DNA of 64,000 bases from positions 1-64,000 of the IMG/VR virus record IMGVR_UViG_3300025364_000003; one strand, written 5' to 3'. This document shows positions 9,210 to 19,396 of the stretch, in pieces (position 1 is the stretch's first letter; the number at the start of each line of letters is the position of its first letter). Position numbers and translations under genes: made by a program. The notes under the pieces were generated by a model. It made no database searches. It worked only from the letters and a program-made list of their open reading frames with translations, and was not told where the DNA came from.

Positions 9210-9530
9210 TCAACGAGTCTTAACTTTTTTGTTATTTTTTATTAGCCAAAACTGTTCTTCCAAAGGTGGTAATTCGTCTTTGCGATGATGCATAACAATG
9301 CGCCCACCTGTGCTTTTATAGACACCTAGAACAATAATTTCGCCTGAGTGAATCAAATTATGGCATGAACCGCAAAGAATTGCCAAGTTACCATTGTTGT
9401 TATGACTTCTTGGATCATTCCGTGGAATAATATGATGTTCTTCAAGTGCACCGGGCTCTTTTAGACCGCAAATTTCGCACTTTTCTTTTTTAAGTTTGGG
9501 TTGACCTCTCACTCTTCTTATTGAAACCAT
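9210..9530 (-). CDS. HNH endonuclease
   Basis: CEICG..EEHHIIP...NLAILCGSCHNLIH. Confidence 0.85.
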   Translation of the reverse strand: MVSIRRVRGQPKLKKEKCEICGLKEPGALEEHHIIPRNDPRSHNNNGNLAILCGSCHNLIHSGEIIVLGVYKSTGGRIVMHHRKDELPPLEEQFWLIKNNKKVKTR

Positions 9531-9556
9531 AACATTAGATATGTTATGACATTTGA

Positions 9557-11410
9557 CTAATTAAGTTTAGTTTTCACATAAAGTCGCTGGCCTGCGTCGT
9601 AAATTTTAAACCAACCTAACTCATCTGCATGTTGTTGTTGAGTTAGGTTCCTGTTGTCCATATTTGCTTTGCACTTTAATCTGTTGTAAGTTTGATTAAA
9701 ATCCGTCCACTTCCAACCCAAGGTTTCTTTTTTGGCGACGAATTTCTTATCAAGTAAGTGCTTACCTGTGCCATAACGTAGGTCTACCCAATTGTGGATT
9801 TCCGTTATTTCTGGCTTTAGATAGTTTTTCTCTAAGTGAGACAACAATTTAGAAAATCCACCAACTACGTTGGTGTCCAAGATAGAGCAAAATCTTTCAA
9901 TTTTGCAAACATGTTTTCTTTGCTTATAAGACAACAAGCAGACAAGCTTGTTGTCATGATAAAGCCCCAAATGCTTTGCGTTTGTGTAACCCATCAAATG
10001 ATTTTCTTTAAGAAAATCTGTAGCTTCTGCCTGTTTAACAATTTGGACTTTACACTTTCGTGCAAAGACCTTGTTTTTGGTTTTTCCAAGAGAGTTGTTG
10101 ATAATAGATTTAATAATCAAAGGTTTATCTCTTAACTCATCTTCTCTAAATTGAAAAATCCTGAGATTGTGTTCTTCAAATTCTTTTCTTAGGTTAAAAT
10201 GATAACGTTTATTCTTTTGTTGATCAGAATGCCAATACAAACCATCTACATTAAGAAAAATTTGGGATGATAACTTAAAATCTGGTCGATAATATTTACC
10301 GATTTGCTTTGGTTTTTCATTGAAATGAGCTGTCTTAAATAATTTCTCACATGCAATTTCAAGCATTGTTTGTTGCTCCTTCCAAGAATGTACTATATCA
10401 AACAAGTCTGCTTCTTGAAAATAAGTCTGATCTTTGTATGATTGACAGTATCTTTGCAAAGTAAGTTTTGATGGCTTTGGCTCCGTCTGTCTTCCCAACC
10501 ACGAAACAACAGACTCGTTTGTTTCTTTAACCCGATATTTAATCAAATTTTCTGATGGGTTTACTGAACCATATCTACTCACAAGTGTTTTTTTAATTTT
10601 CGTCTTTACAACTTTTGCTTCCAAAGGAGACTTGGCGCCATAACGTTTGTTGCATGTCTTTTTTCGTTTTTCTTTAATAGCCTTAGCTTTCTGAGGATCC
10701 GCAAAATTAGCCAAATGTGATTTACTTATTTTGTCTCTAATCTCCTGTAGGTTTGAAGGATGGTTAACGCCGTATTTTTTTTGAAATGAGTGCTGAATTT
10801 TTTCCCGTACGACTTCTGAGGCTCCGATGCATTCAACCCCATATTTTTGATTTACTGTTTTTTTCAATCTGGCTTGAATTTCGGGAGACTTCATGACATT
10901 GTTTACACCATATTTTTCAATATTAGTTTTTTTAATTTTTTCCTGAACATCTTTTGATTGTGCTGGAACAGGCGCACCATATCGTTTTAAATTTGTCTTT
11001 ACGACTTTCTCCCTAACTTCTTCGGCTTTCGAGGCATTGTCAACGCCGTATTTTTTAATACAACCTTCCCTTCTCTTCTTTATAATTTCTTCTGCCTTTT
11101 CTGGATCCGCAAAATTTTCCAAATGAGATTTGCTTATTTTGTCTTTAACTTCTTTGAGTTGTGATTGGTGTTTGACACCATATCTTTTTAGAAGAGTTTC
11201 TTCTCTTTTTTTTGCGACTCTTTTTGGATGAACTATCTCTTCTTTCCAAACCCTATACGGAATAGACCAAAAATATTCACCTTGGACTTTATCAAAAAAC
11301 TTGGATTTCTTCTTCCAACCTTGAAAGTCATCTTCACAAATTTCTATGTCCGTTCGACCTTGATCAATAAATCGTTTTTTAATATCTTCGAATGTTAGTC
11401 TTTTAATCAT
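9557..11410 (-). CDS. free-standing Hef-like homing endonuclease with KYGV-type repeats
   Basis: many (K/R)YG(V/A) repeats; PDF...LNVDGLYWHS Vsr/PD-(D/E)xK-like domain; ARKCKV..FLKENHLMG C-terminal domain. Confidence 0.7.
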   Translation of the reverse strand: MIKRLTFEDIKKRFIDQGRTDIEICEDDFQGWKKKSKFFDKVQGEYFWSIPYRVWKEEIVHPKRVAKKREETLLKRYGVKHQSQLKEVKDKISKSHLENFADPEKAEEIIKKRREGCIKKYGVDNASKAEEVREKVVKTNLKRYGAPVPAQSKDVQEKIKKTNIEKYGVNNVMKSPEIQARLKKTVNQKYGVECIGASEVVREKIQHSFQKKYGVNHPSNLQEIRDKISKSHLANFADPQKAKAIKEKRKKTCNKRYGAKSPLEAKVVKTKIKKTLVSRYGSVNPSENLIKYRVKETNESVVSWLGRQTEPKPSKLTLQRYCQSYKDQTYFQEADLFDIVHSWKEQQTMLEIACEKLFKTAHFNEKPKQIGKYYRPDFKLSSQIFLNVDGLYWHSDQQKNKRYHFNLRKEFEEHNLRIFQFREDELRDKPLIIKSIINNSLGKTKNKVFARKCKVQIVKQAEATDFLKENHLMGYTNAKHLGLYHDNKLVCLLSYKQRKHVCKIERFCSILDTNVVGGFSKLLSHLEKNYLKPEITEIHNWVDLRYGTGKHLLDKKFVAKKETLGWKWTDFNQTYNRLKCKANMDNRNLTQQQHADELGWFKIYDAGQRLYVKTKLN

Positions 11411-11473
11411 AAAACCTCGCCAGATACTAAATAGTATAGCAAGGTTCTATAGGGCTGTATAGTTTAGTTACCG

Positions 11474-12643
11474 CTAATAATCTAATCTTACTTTAAAAGT
11501 AATATCACGTTCGTCGTCCTTTAAAACAGGACGACTAAGTTTAGCAACAGCTAATAAATTATCAAAAGCATCATATAAACCAACGCTCGTAACAAACGTA
11601 AAACTTCTCTGAGTTTCTTCTTGGCCTTCGTCGATGACCACAATTCGACCATCTGAATCAAGATATGTTGGGTTTGAAGAGTAATTGAATTCATCAGCTG
11701 CTAGTCTTGCAAACAGTAGTGAACTATTAATGTTGGTAATATTTTGGAACGTGATTGCAGTTTGGTCTGCGGTTCCCGAAAGGAAGCGGGTGCTCGCCAT
11801 GTGGTCAATAAAATCATCAATGGAAGCTGACATCATGAAGAAATCAAGAGTGGCGCTTACATTGGTTAAACCAGTCGTAGTAACCGCATCAATAGAGCCA
11901 GTAATTTTTACCGACTGATCGAAACTTCTTGACAAATCAAGAACCAAAACACCCTTGTCTATAAACAGCAATCCAAGAGGATTGTTTGTGTTGGCTGAAT
12001 CAACTATAGTTGAAACTTGTCCACCAAAAGTAAATTGTTTATTTACAGTTGAATTAATATCAGTAAGAATCTTAGTAGTTGAATCTGGTGCCTTATTAAT
12101 ATTTGGACCAGTGGCCCCCTCTACGGCTGAAGCTGTTGGAAAATATTTGATAGCGAATGTCTCTCTTTTAATTTGGTCACGAGAAAACAGTCGTTTAAAA
12201 CAAATAAACATTGCTTCGTTGATGTTGAATGCGTTGGAACCGGACTGTGTTGTGAAGATAGCATTAGCATCACCTAAAAGGCTCTGGGCCATAAGCCGAT
12301 AGATATCAATTTTTTCCCTCATCATAACAGTTTCTGTTGGGAAAAGATACTTGCCATTGGCGTCAATAGTAAAACCTGCCTTGCTAACAACCTCCGAACC
12401 CGTAGAAAGGCCAAAAGTCATATCGAAAACAGGGTTAGCAGTCTGCAAGGTGAAGTCCTGGTCATATACCGTTTGGAATAAAGAACTAGTAACACCTGGT
12501 CCAACTCCACCAGTTACGAATACTTGATAAGGACGTCTGGTTGAAGGCGAGGAAATGTCAGTGTTGATGATATCCACCAACTGATTAAGGAAAGACCTAG
12601 AGGTCTTGATATCTTCTGCTGCGAATTCTTTAAAGGTTGCCAT
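11474..12643 (-). CDS. putative baseplate/tail structural protein
   Basis: C-terminal VGLYDAFDNLLAVAKLSRPVLK resembling tail-fibre/baseplate attachment motifs; structural operon context. Confidence 0.6.
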   Translation of the reverse strand: MATFKEFAAEDIKTSRSFLNQLVDIINTDISSPSTRRPYQVFVTGGVGPGVTSSLFQTVYDQDFTLQTANPVFDMTFGLSTGSEVVSKAGFTIDANGKYLFPTETVMMREKIDIYRLMAQSLLGDANAIFTTQSGSNAFNINEAMFICFKRLFSRDQIKRETFAIKYFPTASAVEGATGPNINKAPDSTTKILTDINSTVNKQFTFGGQVSTIVDSANTNNPLGLLFIDKGVLVLDLSRSFDQSVKITGSIDAVTTTGLTNVSATLDFFMMSASIDDFIDHMASTRFLSGTADQTAITFQNITNINSSLLFARLAADEFNYSSNPTYLDSDGRIVVIDEGQEETQRSFTFVTSVGLYDAFDNLLAVAKLSRPVLKDDERDITFKVRLDY

Positions 12644-12660
12644 GATTCTTTATTCCTAAA

Positions 12661-13374
12661 TTATGTGTTCTTGTTGATCTGTACTTCAAACTCAAGAACG
12701 GCGCCAGATTGAACGCCTGAGATTTTCACAAACGTGCTAATAAGGCTCTTGTTGAATGTTGCACCGAAGATTTGGAATTGTGATTCGGTGATAGCCTTTG
12801 TTGCGATGGTAAAAGTGAGGCGTGAACCACCAACAGAAGTTTCGCCAGCATCTCTGGTGAGGATGTATGTTGCACGTTGCTGACCATCAATATCGTCAGG
12901 AGACGAACCGACAATCTGAATGAACTGGTTGTTCATCTCAACGATGAATGCTTGGTCTCTAAGTTCAACATCAATAGAAGTTTCATCCTGAATAGTTTGA
13001 GAAATGGTGAGAGTTCTTTGTTTCTGGGTAGTGTTACCAATTGATATAATGTTGTTAACAGCGTCAACCCCTTCACCACTAAAGCCAAGAGTGGGCAGCC
13101 TGATGAGACTAGGGTTTGAAACAGAAACAAGGCGATACTTTTGAGCGAGGCTTTGGTTTGTAAGTGCTTCGAATACTGGAGTATTCTTTTCGATCTTTTC
13201 TTTGCCAACGGTTCGTCCAAACTTCTGAATGATAGTATAATCGATTTCATCGTCGCCTGGTGCAAACTTAACGATAGAAAAGCTGCCATCGTTTCTAGAA
13301 AGGAATTCTCTTCCCTTGTCTGTCAAAACGGCGTCCAAAATAATATTGTTTGTGTCTCCTTGCAGGAATCCCAT
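12661..13374 (-). CDS. putative baseplate/tail structural protein
   Basis: ILDAVLTDKGREFL...KFAPGDDEIDY N-terminus typical of large-phage tail-region proteins; operon context. Confidence 0.55.
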   Translation of the reverse strand: MGFLQGDTNNIILDAVLTDKGREFLSRNDGSFSIVKFAPGDDEIDYTIIQKFGRTVGKEKIEKNTPVFEALTNQSLAQKYRLVSVSNPSLIRLPTLGFSGEGVDAVNNIISIGNTTQKQRTLTISQTIQDETSIDVELRDQAFIVEMNNQFIQIVGSSPDDIDGQQRATYILTRDAGETSVGGSRLTFTIATKAITESQFQIFGATFNKSLISTFVKISGVQSGAVLEFEVQINKNT

Positions 13375-13389
13375 TTGTAAACCTTCTTA

Positions 13390-15210
13390 CTACTCGTTAT
13401 TCTTTTGTGAAGTAGTCCTTTTGTCTTGCAGTCTTACCTTAACTACTTGTTGGTCTTGGATATCGATATTAATGAGCTGTAATCGATACTCTGAACCATT
13501 GTCCGTTTTAAGTAGGCGTAAATCATTATTTTGTGAATCGGTAACTTTTAAGAATTCAGGATTGAATACCACCTTTACCTTTTTATGCCCTGATGTCTTT
13601 ATTGTATCTACAAAAGTATCCTCTTCGAGGAATGCATTTGGATAAGGTTTCGGAGCACCTGGAAGGGATATCAATCTTTTTTCTAGTTTATTGGTAAACC
13701 TATTGAATGATACTTGAAATTGCGTTGTGTAGTTGGAGGAAAATCCGTGCGCATCTAAGCAGGCCACAGTATAAATGAAACTAGTATCCTTGGTGAATTC
13801 TTTATCAATAAAGTAATTTCTGGGTGAACTCAGATTTTCAACAAGTTCAGGGTCAGGTGTTTCATTAAATGGAGTCTTGATTGTGCTATTATCAAAACTA
13901 AACATTTTGATTAATTGAAAAGGCTCGTCGATTGATGAACGCCTAAAAACTTGGAAGTGTTTAATATCTCGCTGAGTGTTAACAGGAAAATTCCACATCA
14001 GCCTAGCAGCTTGACTGATGACGCACCAATCAACGTTGAAGTCTGCTGGTGGTGGTGGTGGAATAAATTCTTCTGTTAGAACTGTGATTTGCTTTGTTGG
14101 TTTGGATGAAACCAAAAAACTCAATGCTACGACCGAGTTTGTTTCCGAGTCTTCTACTTGAAGTTCAACATAGGCAATTGACCTAATTGAATAAACATAC
14201 CTGGTTCCATACCGTACTTGTAAGTCAACAGCAGAGTCAGCCCTTGGATTTTCAATAACAACAGGATCCATCGGAAGAAGATTTCCTTCTTCATTAAGTT
14301 CCCATTTGTCAATTATGTACCCAATCACTTGAACTGTAGAATCGAAAGCATTAGGATCTACTTTTCTAAAATTGATGAATTCAAGAACTTCAAAATCGTA
14401 ATCCCTGCCATCAATAAGAGAAGAATTTTTGGCGTCAACAGCCTCTTCCTGTATTTGCCTGGCCTTTTCAAGCATTCTAGAAGATTCATCATTGTAAATG
14501 TTAAGACTGTTTTCAGATGTAGTCCTAAGCATTTTTTGAATAACTTTATTATTAATTTGAGTTCGGACTCGAATATTTGAAATTTCATCTAAAACAGATT
14601 CAACAAGCATCTGCTGGCCGTCTCTGTCAAGAAAACGGTATCCTTCTCTGGTGAAATTAAGAAAGACCTCTGTGAGGAATCTGGGATCGATGGAACTTCC
14701 AGTTTTTGTTCGACCAAATTTATTTGTTAAAAATTTGATGACATCAAGCGGAGATTCATCCTCCTCGGGCTCTTGCCCTTCACGTATTTCTTCCAAGATA
14801 CGTTTAATAAAGAAATTAAGTTTCTTTTCAGAATCGCTATTTTGGAAGTACATGTTTGTAAAATCGTCGGTTGTAAATGTTTGTTCGTTATGAATTTTGT
14901 CTATATTGTCACCAATGCTTATTGCATTGATTTCTGGATTGCTAACAAATTCTGATCGACCTTCATCTATAGTTGGTTTCCAACCAAATCTCACAAATCT
15001 TGGTACAAAGCGTTGAAAATTAATAGAGTCGATAAAGAAATTGTCAAATGAATCGGCAGGTCTTCTTTGAATAAATCTTGGCGAATCCAGTCCTGAATCA
15101 TTTTCTCTTTCGTCTGGCACAAAGAAGTTGTAATCGAAATTAGCAGTAAACTCAGTTACTTCTGGTACGTCTACGTTTGCAAATCGTTTTGATGGCAAGG
15201 ATTCAGCCAT
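13390..15210 (-). CDS. FN3-like domain virion protein
   Basis: PPPPADF..LMWNFP..FQVFRR..FIDKE..YTVACLD fibronectin-III-like pattern. Confidence 0.55.
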   Translation of the reverse strand: MAESLPSKRFANVDVPEVTEFTANFDYNFFVPDERENDSGLDSPRFIQRRPADSFDNFFIDSINFQRFVPRFVRFGWKPTIDEGRSEFVSNPEINAISIGDNIDKIHNEQTFTTDDFTNMYFQNSDSEKKLNFFIKRILEEIREGQEPEEDESPLDVIKFLTNKFGRTKTGSSIDPRFLTEVFLNFTREGYRFLDRDGQQMLVESVLDEISNIRVRTQINNKVIQKMLRTTSENSLNIYNDESSRMLEKARQIQEEAVDAKNSSLIDGRDYDFEVLEFINFRKVDPNAFDSTVQVIGYIIDKWELNEEGNLLPMDPVVIENPRADSAVDLQVRYGTRYVYSIRSIAYVELQVEDSETNSVVALSFLVSSKPTKQITVLTEEFIPPPPPADFNVDWCVISQAARLMWNFPVNTQRDIKHFQVFRRSSIDEPFQLIKMFSFDNSTIKTPFNETPDPELVENLSSPRNYFIDKEFTKDTSFIYTVACLDAHGFSSNYTTQFQVSFNRFTNKLEKRLISLPGAPKPYPNAFLEEDTFVDTIKTSGHKKVKVVFNPEFLKVTDSQNNDLRLLKTDNGSEYRLQLINIDIQDQQVVKVRLQDKRTTSQKNNE

Positions 15211-15219
15211 TGGTGGTCC

Positions 15220-18200
15220 TCATACTACGTTTTCTATGGTTACGAAATAATCTTCAAATACAAGTTCATTACTGAGTTTTGGTCTAAAGAAAACTCGGTC
15301 GCCTATTCTAACAAGCCTTTCTTGCACAAATGACTGTTCAAGTGCGAGTTTCCCACTTTCGGTTTCCCTCGTTAGTTCTTCATCGATTTCAAATTCCTCG
15401 GTATTCAGAGCAATGTGGAAAACTCTGTCAAAAAGTTTTGGACTGGTTACTTGATTACGCAAGCGTTCTGGTTCGAAAATAATATCACCAAATATAAACA
15501 GTCTAAGAATATCCTTGGCTTCTTCATCGACTTCTGGGTCCACCAAAAGTTCCAAAATCGGTCTTTCAGGAACGTCTATATCCAAAACATCTCTAATGTA
15601 AGTAAAGACAATGTTGGTAAATTCTTCATCCAGAGCTGTGCCTGGATTAATTTCTCTTTTGACGAAAGTGCTTTCTTCAACTCTCATTCCAGTTAACAAT
15701 CTGAGATATAGTTCAATTAAATTGCTGGACGTAATGTTTCTTATTAGATTTCTTTTCTGTTCATTTGTTAAAAAGTCATATTTGTCATTGTTTATAATGT
15801 CTTGATAGGAAACTTTTTTAGGACTATTGATGTTTTCGTAATCTTTAGCGGAAATTCTATTGACAATTCTGTCATAGGATTCATTGTCTCTTGGTTGCGT
15901 GGCATCAATTCGGTCTTCATCTTGAAAGAGACTTAAATCAAACAAGAAAGACTGTGGCTTAAAGATTATATCATCGAAACGTTGGTCTCGTTTAAAAACA
16001 TTGACAGATACGACATCTATTTGTTTGGTTTTGAATGTGTCTGCGTTAATTGCACTTTGCTGAATGCGATCCGAAAGTTGTCTTGAAAACCCGGCAGGAA
16101 CACCTACAGATACAAGCTTAATTCTTTTGTCGGCCTGATTTTGCAATAGGAAATCATTTTGCGACAAATAAGAATACAAAACAGTTCTGGTTTGTGGTTG
16201 AATGATTTCTGTATCCAAGAAATAGGTGAAATTTGCTCGACCAACTCGACCAAAATTCCTTGTTCTGTTCACAAAACTTTCAATTGCAAACGCAGCTGCA
16301 CGAACTTGGGCTGGGTTGCGAACAATTTCAAGATCATCTAATGTATTCTCTCTCAAGAACGCTTGTAGTGTATTTTGGTTGTAAACGTTAAGCAATCTAG
16401 TTTTTGCGTTTCTAACTCGTCGGTCAACAACTTGAAGAATATTCAGAATGTTATTAATGATCGCATCTTCGGTTGAAATTTTGCTTCTAATTGCAAACAA
16501 TGCGTTTCTTAGGTTCACTGAAGTTTTGCTGAAAAATAGAGGTGTGAAACGAGTTAAGCCTATCCGACGAATAGATTGATTGCCCAAGAATGCGGAACCT
16601 AAATTGTTTTGTATGAGCGTTCTTTCATTAGAATTTCTTACTCGACTTAGAAAACCACCAGCAAAAGATGTTGGGTTGGAAGATCTTGTGGACGCACCAG
16701 AACGTCTAACTGTAATACGAGTAGGACGAAGCAGGTTATTAACGGCAGAAGTTGATTGACGAATGGCGGTTGTAGCAGTGGCTTGTCTGCCGTAGACTAT
16801 ATTAGGAACCGTTCTTGCCAATCTTGTTGCGTAATCTGCTGGCACAATAACCGGTACAGATTTTTCTCCTATCATATCATCAATTACACTTTCTACAAAG
16901 TCATTTTTTTCACCATCAATTGTAATAAGAGTATTGAAGATAGAGGGAGAACGATCAAAGCTGGCAAAGCTATACTTTGCAACATAACTTGACAATATTT
17001 CAAAAACAATCAAAAGTTGAGTTGAGGTACTGATAAAATTGTATCTAGTTCTTCCTGTCTGATCGGGCAGCAGGTAATTGGTTTCACCATTATAGGCCGC
17101 AGCTTGTGCAAAATCATTTGCAATATTTACGTATTCTTTGATGAAATTTGAAATAGAGGAGCTTCTTGGATCTATATTTGATAGCAATACACGTCTAATA
17201 ACAAACCTTTCGATATTAATTGTTGTTTGGTTGTTTCTTAATGCAGAAACGCTTAAACGTGAAAAGGCCGATACAGAAGCAGTACGTTGACTAGTTCTTG
17301 TTCGCAATCTGGTAAACTGTGGATTTGCTCTAAGGGTTAGACCTAAAGAAAATCGGGGCGTTGGTGTTGTCAGTGCAAGTACACGATTTTCTATGTCGGC
17401 AGCTAGGCGCTCAATGAAAGGTCTTAAGGTTTGCAACCCCCCAAACAAGCTGGGTGTTGAACCTGGTGAAACTCGCACTTCTGACAAGTTGTTTATTGTT
17501 CTAAGTTCAGACGCAAGTTGTCGAAATATTGGCTTTAAGTCTGAAGAACTGTTTGTAGCTAAGCCGACCAACAAGCAAAATTGAAACAGTTTGCTTTTTA
17601 GTTCGTTGTCATTGTTTGCAAGTTTAAAAATGGCAGCTACAATAGCCTGGTCTCTATTAAGAGAGAAAATGTTGGTTGTGTTTTCGATTGAGTTTCTGAA
17701 CGATGCTAGAAATCTGTCATTCATTGTTGAAGGAGAGATTGCCGACTCACGTCCAAGGCTAAACAAGTTGTAAATAACTCCATTGGCGGTTGAAAATTTC
17801 CTAGCAAATTGGTTTGCATATTCTTCAAATGGAGTGGTGTTAAAGTCGTTGTTGGTAATGTTTAGTAGGCTATCTACGAAATATGAACTACCAGGGACGT
17901 ATGTTTTCTTATAATCATCAGTATCAACGTATTTCCTCTCAAATGGAAGAACTGATGTGTTTTCATCTATACCCAAAGTTGTAAGCGAAAGTAATGATTC
18001 TGGACCAAGTGGCGATTCAAAAATATTATCTCCAACAACTCCAATAATGTTGTCAAAAGGAGAACCCGTATCTCCACTTGCAAAAATTTCGCTAAGTTGC
18101 TTTTGATTACTTGGAACACCAAGTCCTCTAGAAACACGATATTCTTTGCTTAAGACCGTAATGAGAAGTTTAATTCTATCGTCAGAATTACTCGGCAAAG

Positions 18201-19395
18201 AATTCAAAAACGTATTAAAGAATGCACGTTCACTTGCATTCACAGCCGCATCACTTGATCTGATTTGGTCAATAGTAAATGTAAAACCATCATTCAACGT
18301 ATAGGTTCTATCGAGCAAGACAGGACTGTCATCCGTGTCTCGATCAGTGTCAATTAAACCAAGTAGGTTGGTAGAATAGTTTTCAGCAATTTCTTTGAAA
18401 TCAGCAAGGAGCTGTTGGATGATTTTAGTATCAGAAAAGATTTTAAATTGTTCTGATGTGTATTGCATTCTGCGCTGGAAAAAATCCTCTAATGTAAGAA
18501 ACTGTCGATCAAAACTAGCCTTGGGAATGTTCTTTAGGTCCAACAACGTTTTGAATACTTCAGCAGCCCCAATGAATTGTCGATAATAATTGACTGTTCT
18601 GCCGGTTCTTTGCAATTCGCTAAGAATTTTTTGCTCAAATTTATCAATTTGAAAGTTCAATTCTCTCTGTGAGCGACCCTGCCGACCTCTGCGTTGAGTA
18701 TTTGTTCTCCGGCTTTCAGCCATGTTGGTTAGTAGGTCATTTATGGTTTCTCGTCTGAGCAATAAGGTGTTGTACTGAACGTCAATTAAACGACCGGTCG
18801 CATTAAAATCCTGAAAAAACCGACGGTTTTGTACATTTTTACCCCAAATGGGAAGGAAGTCTGTTATTTGAAGAACTTCAGGTACAAAAGAAGAAATGCC
18901 ATCCGCTTCAACCGGAACAAAACTGTCGTTTTGAATTTTAGTTTCTGAAACATCGAGCGTGTCTTCAGAATACCTTTGTGACGGCGGGCGAATAATAAGC
19001 GGAACTTGGAATCGAATTCTGGGAGTCGGGATTTGCACTCTGAGCGGCACACGAATTCTTGTAATGGTAGTGGTGAGCGGCACCCTTACTCGTGTGGCAG
19101 CAACTTTAAGAACTGGTTTTGCCGCCCTAACAGCCAGTGCTGAATTGCTTCTGACGGCCGTTATAGCTTGAATTGTTCCTCTTCTTTTAGCTCTTCTTGT
19201 TGTTCCGCCAGTACGTATGACCACCCGACCAGAGGCACTGCGTCCCACCCTTCTTCGATTGTTTGAAGAAGGGTTTACAGTTACGACTGTACGCCTTTGA
19301 GTGGAAGTAACCGGAACCGCTTGAACGCTCAAGCCTCCAAGTCTTTTACAACTGCTGTTGGCACTTCTTCTTAATCTGCGTACTCTTGTTGCCAT
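15220..19395 (-). CDS. large (1391 aa) putative virion protein with Arg-rich N-terminus
   Basis: intact long ORF coupled to neighbours; basic low-complexity N-terminal ~140 aa. Confidence 0.6.
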   Translation of the reverse strand: MATRVRRLRRSANSSCKRLGGLSVQAVPVTSTQRRTVVTVNPSSNNRRRVGRSASGRVVIRTGGTTRRAKRRGTIQAITAVRSNSALAVRAAKPVLKVAATRVRVPLTTTITRIRVPLRVQIPTPRIRFQVPLIIRPPSQRYSEDTLDVSETKIQNDSFVPVEADGISSFVPEVLQITDFLPIWGKNVQNRRFFQDFNATGRLIDVQYNTLLLRRETINDLLTNMAESRRTNTQRRGRQGRSQRELNFQIDKFEQKILSELQRTGRTVNYYRQFIGAAEVFKTLLDLKNIPKASFDRQFLTLEDFFQRRMQYTSEQFKIFSDTKIIQQLLADFKEIAENYSTNLLGLIDTDRDTDDSPVLLDRTYTLNDGFTFTIDQIRSSDAAVNASERAFFNTFLNSLPSNSDDRIKLLITVLSKEYRVSRGLGVPSNQKQLSEIFASGDTGSPFDNIIGVVGDNIFESPLGPESLLSLTTLGIDENTSVLPFERKYVDTDDYKKTYVPGSSYFVDSLLNITNNDFNTTPFEEYANQFARKFSTANGVIYNLFSLGRESAISPSTMNDRFLASFRNSIENTTNIFSLNRDQAIVAAIFKLANNDNELKSKLFQFCLLVGLATNSSSDLKPIFRQLASELRTINNLSEVRVSPGSTPSLFGGLQTLRPFIERLAADIENRVLALTTPTPRFSLGLTLRANPQFTRLRTRTSQRTASVSAFSRLSVSALRNNQTTINIERFVIRRVLLSNIDPRSSSISNFIKEYVNIANDFAQAAAYNGETNYLLPDQTGRTRYNFISTSTQLLIVFEILSSYVAKYSFASFDRSPSIFNTLITIDGEKNDFVESVIDDMIGEKSVPVIVPADYATRLARTVPNIVYGRQATATTAIRQSTSAVNNLLRPTRITVRRSGASTRSSNPTSFAGGFLSRVRNSNERTLIQNNLGSAFLGNQSIRRIGLTRFTPLFFSKTSVNLRNALFAIRSKISTEDAIINNILNILQVVDRRVRNAKTRLLNVYNQNTLQAFLRENTLDDLEIVRNPAQVRAAAFAIESFVNRTRNFGRVGRANFTYFLDTEIIQPQTRTVLYSYLSQNDFLLQNQADKRIKLVSVGVPAGFSRQLSDRIQQSAINADTFKTKQIDVVSVNVFKRDQRFDDIIFKPQSFLFDLSLFQDEDRIDATQPRDNESYDRIVNRISAKDYENINSPKKVSYQDIINNDKYDFLTNEQKRNLIRNITSSNLIELYLRLLTGMRVEESTFVKREINPGTALDEEFTNIVFTYIRDVLDIDVPERPILELLVDPEVDEEAKDILRLFIFGDIIFEPERLRNQVTSPKLFDRVFHIALNTEEFEIDEELTRETESGKLALEQSFVQERLVRIGDRVFFRPKLSNELVFEDYFVTIENVV

Positions 19396-19396
19396 A

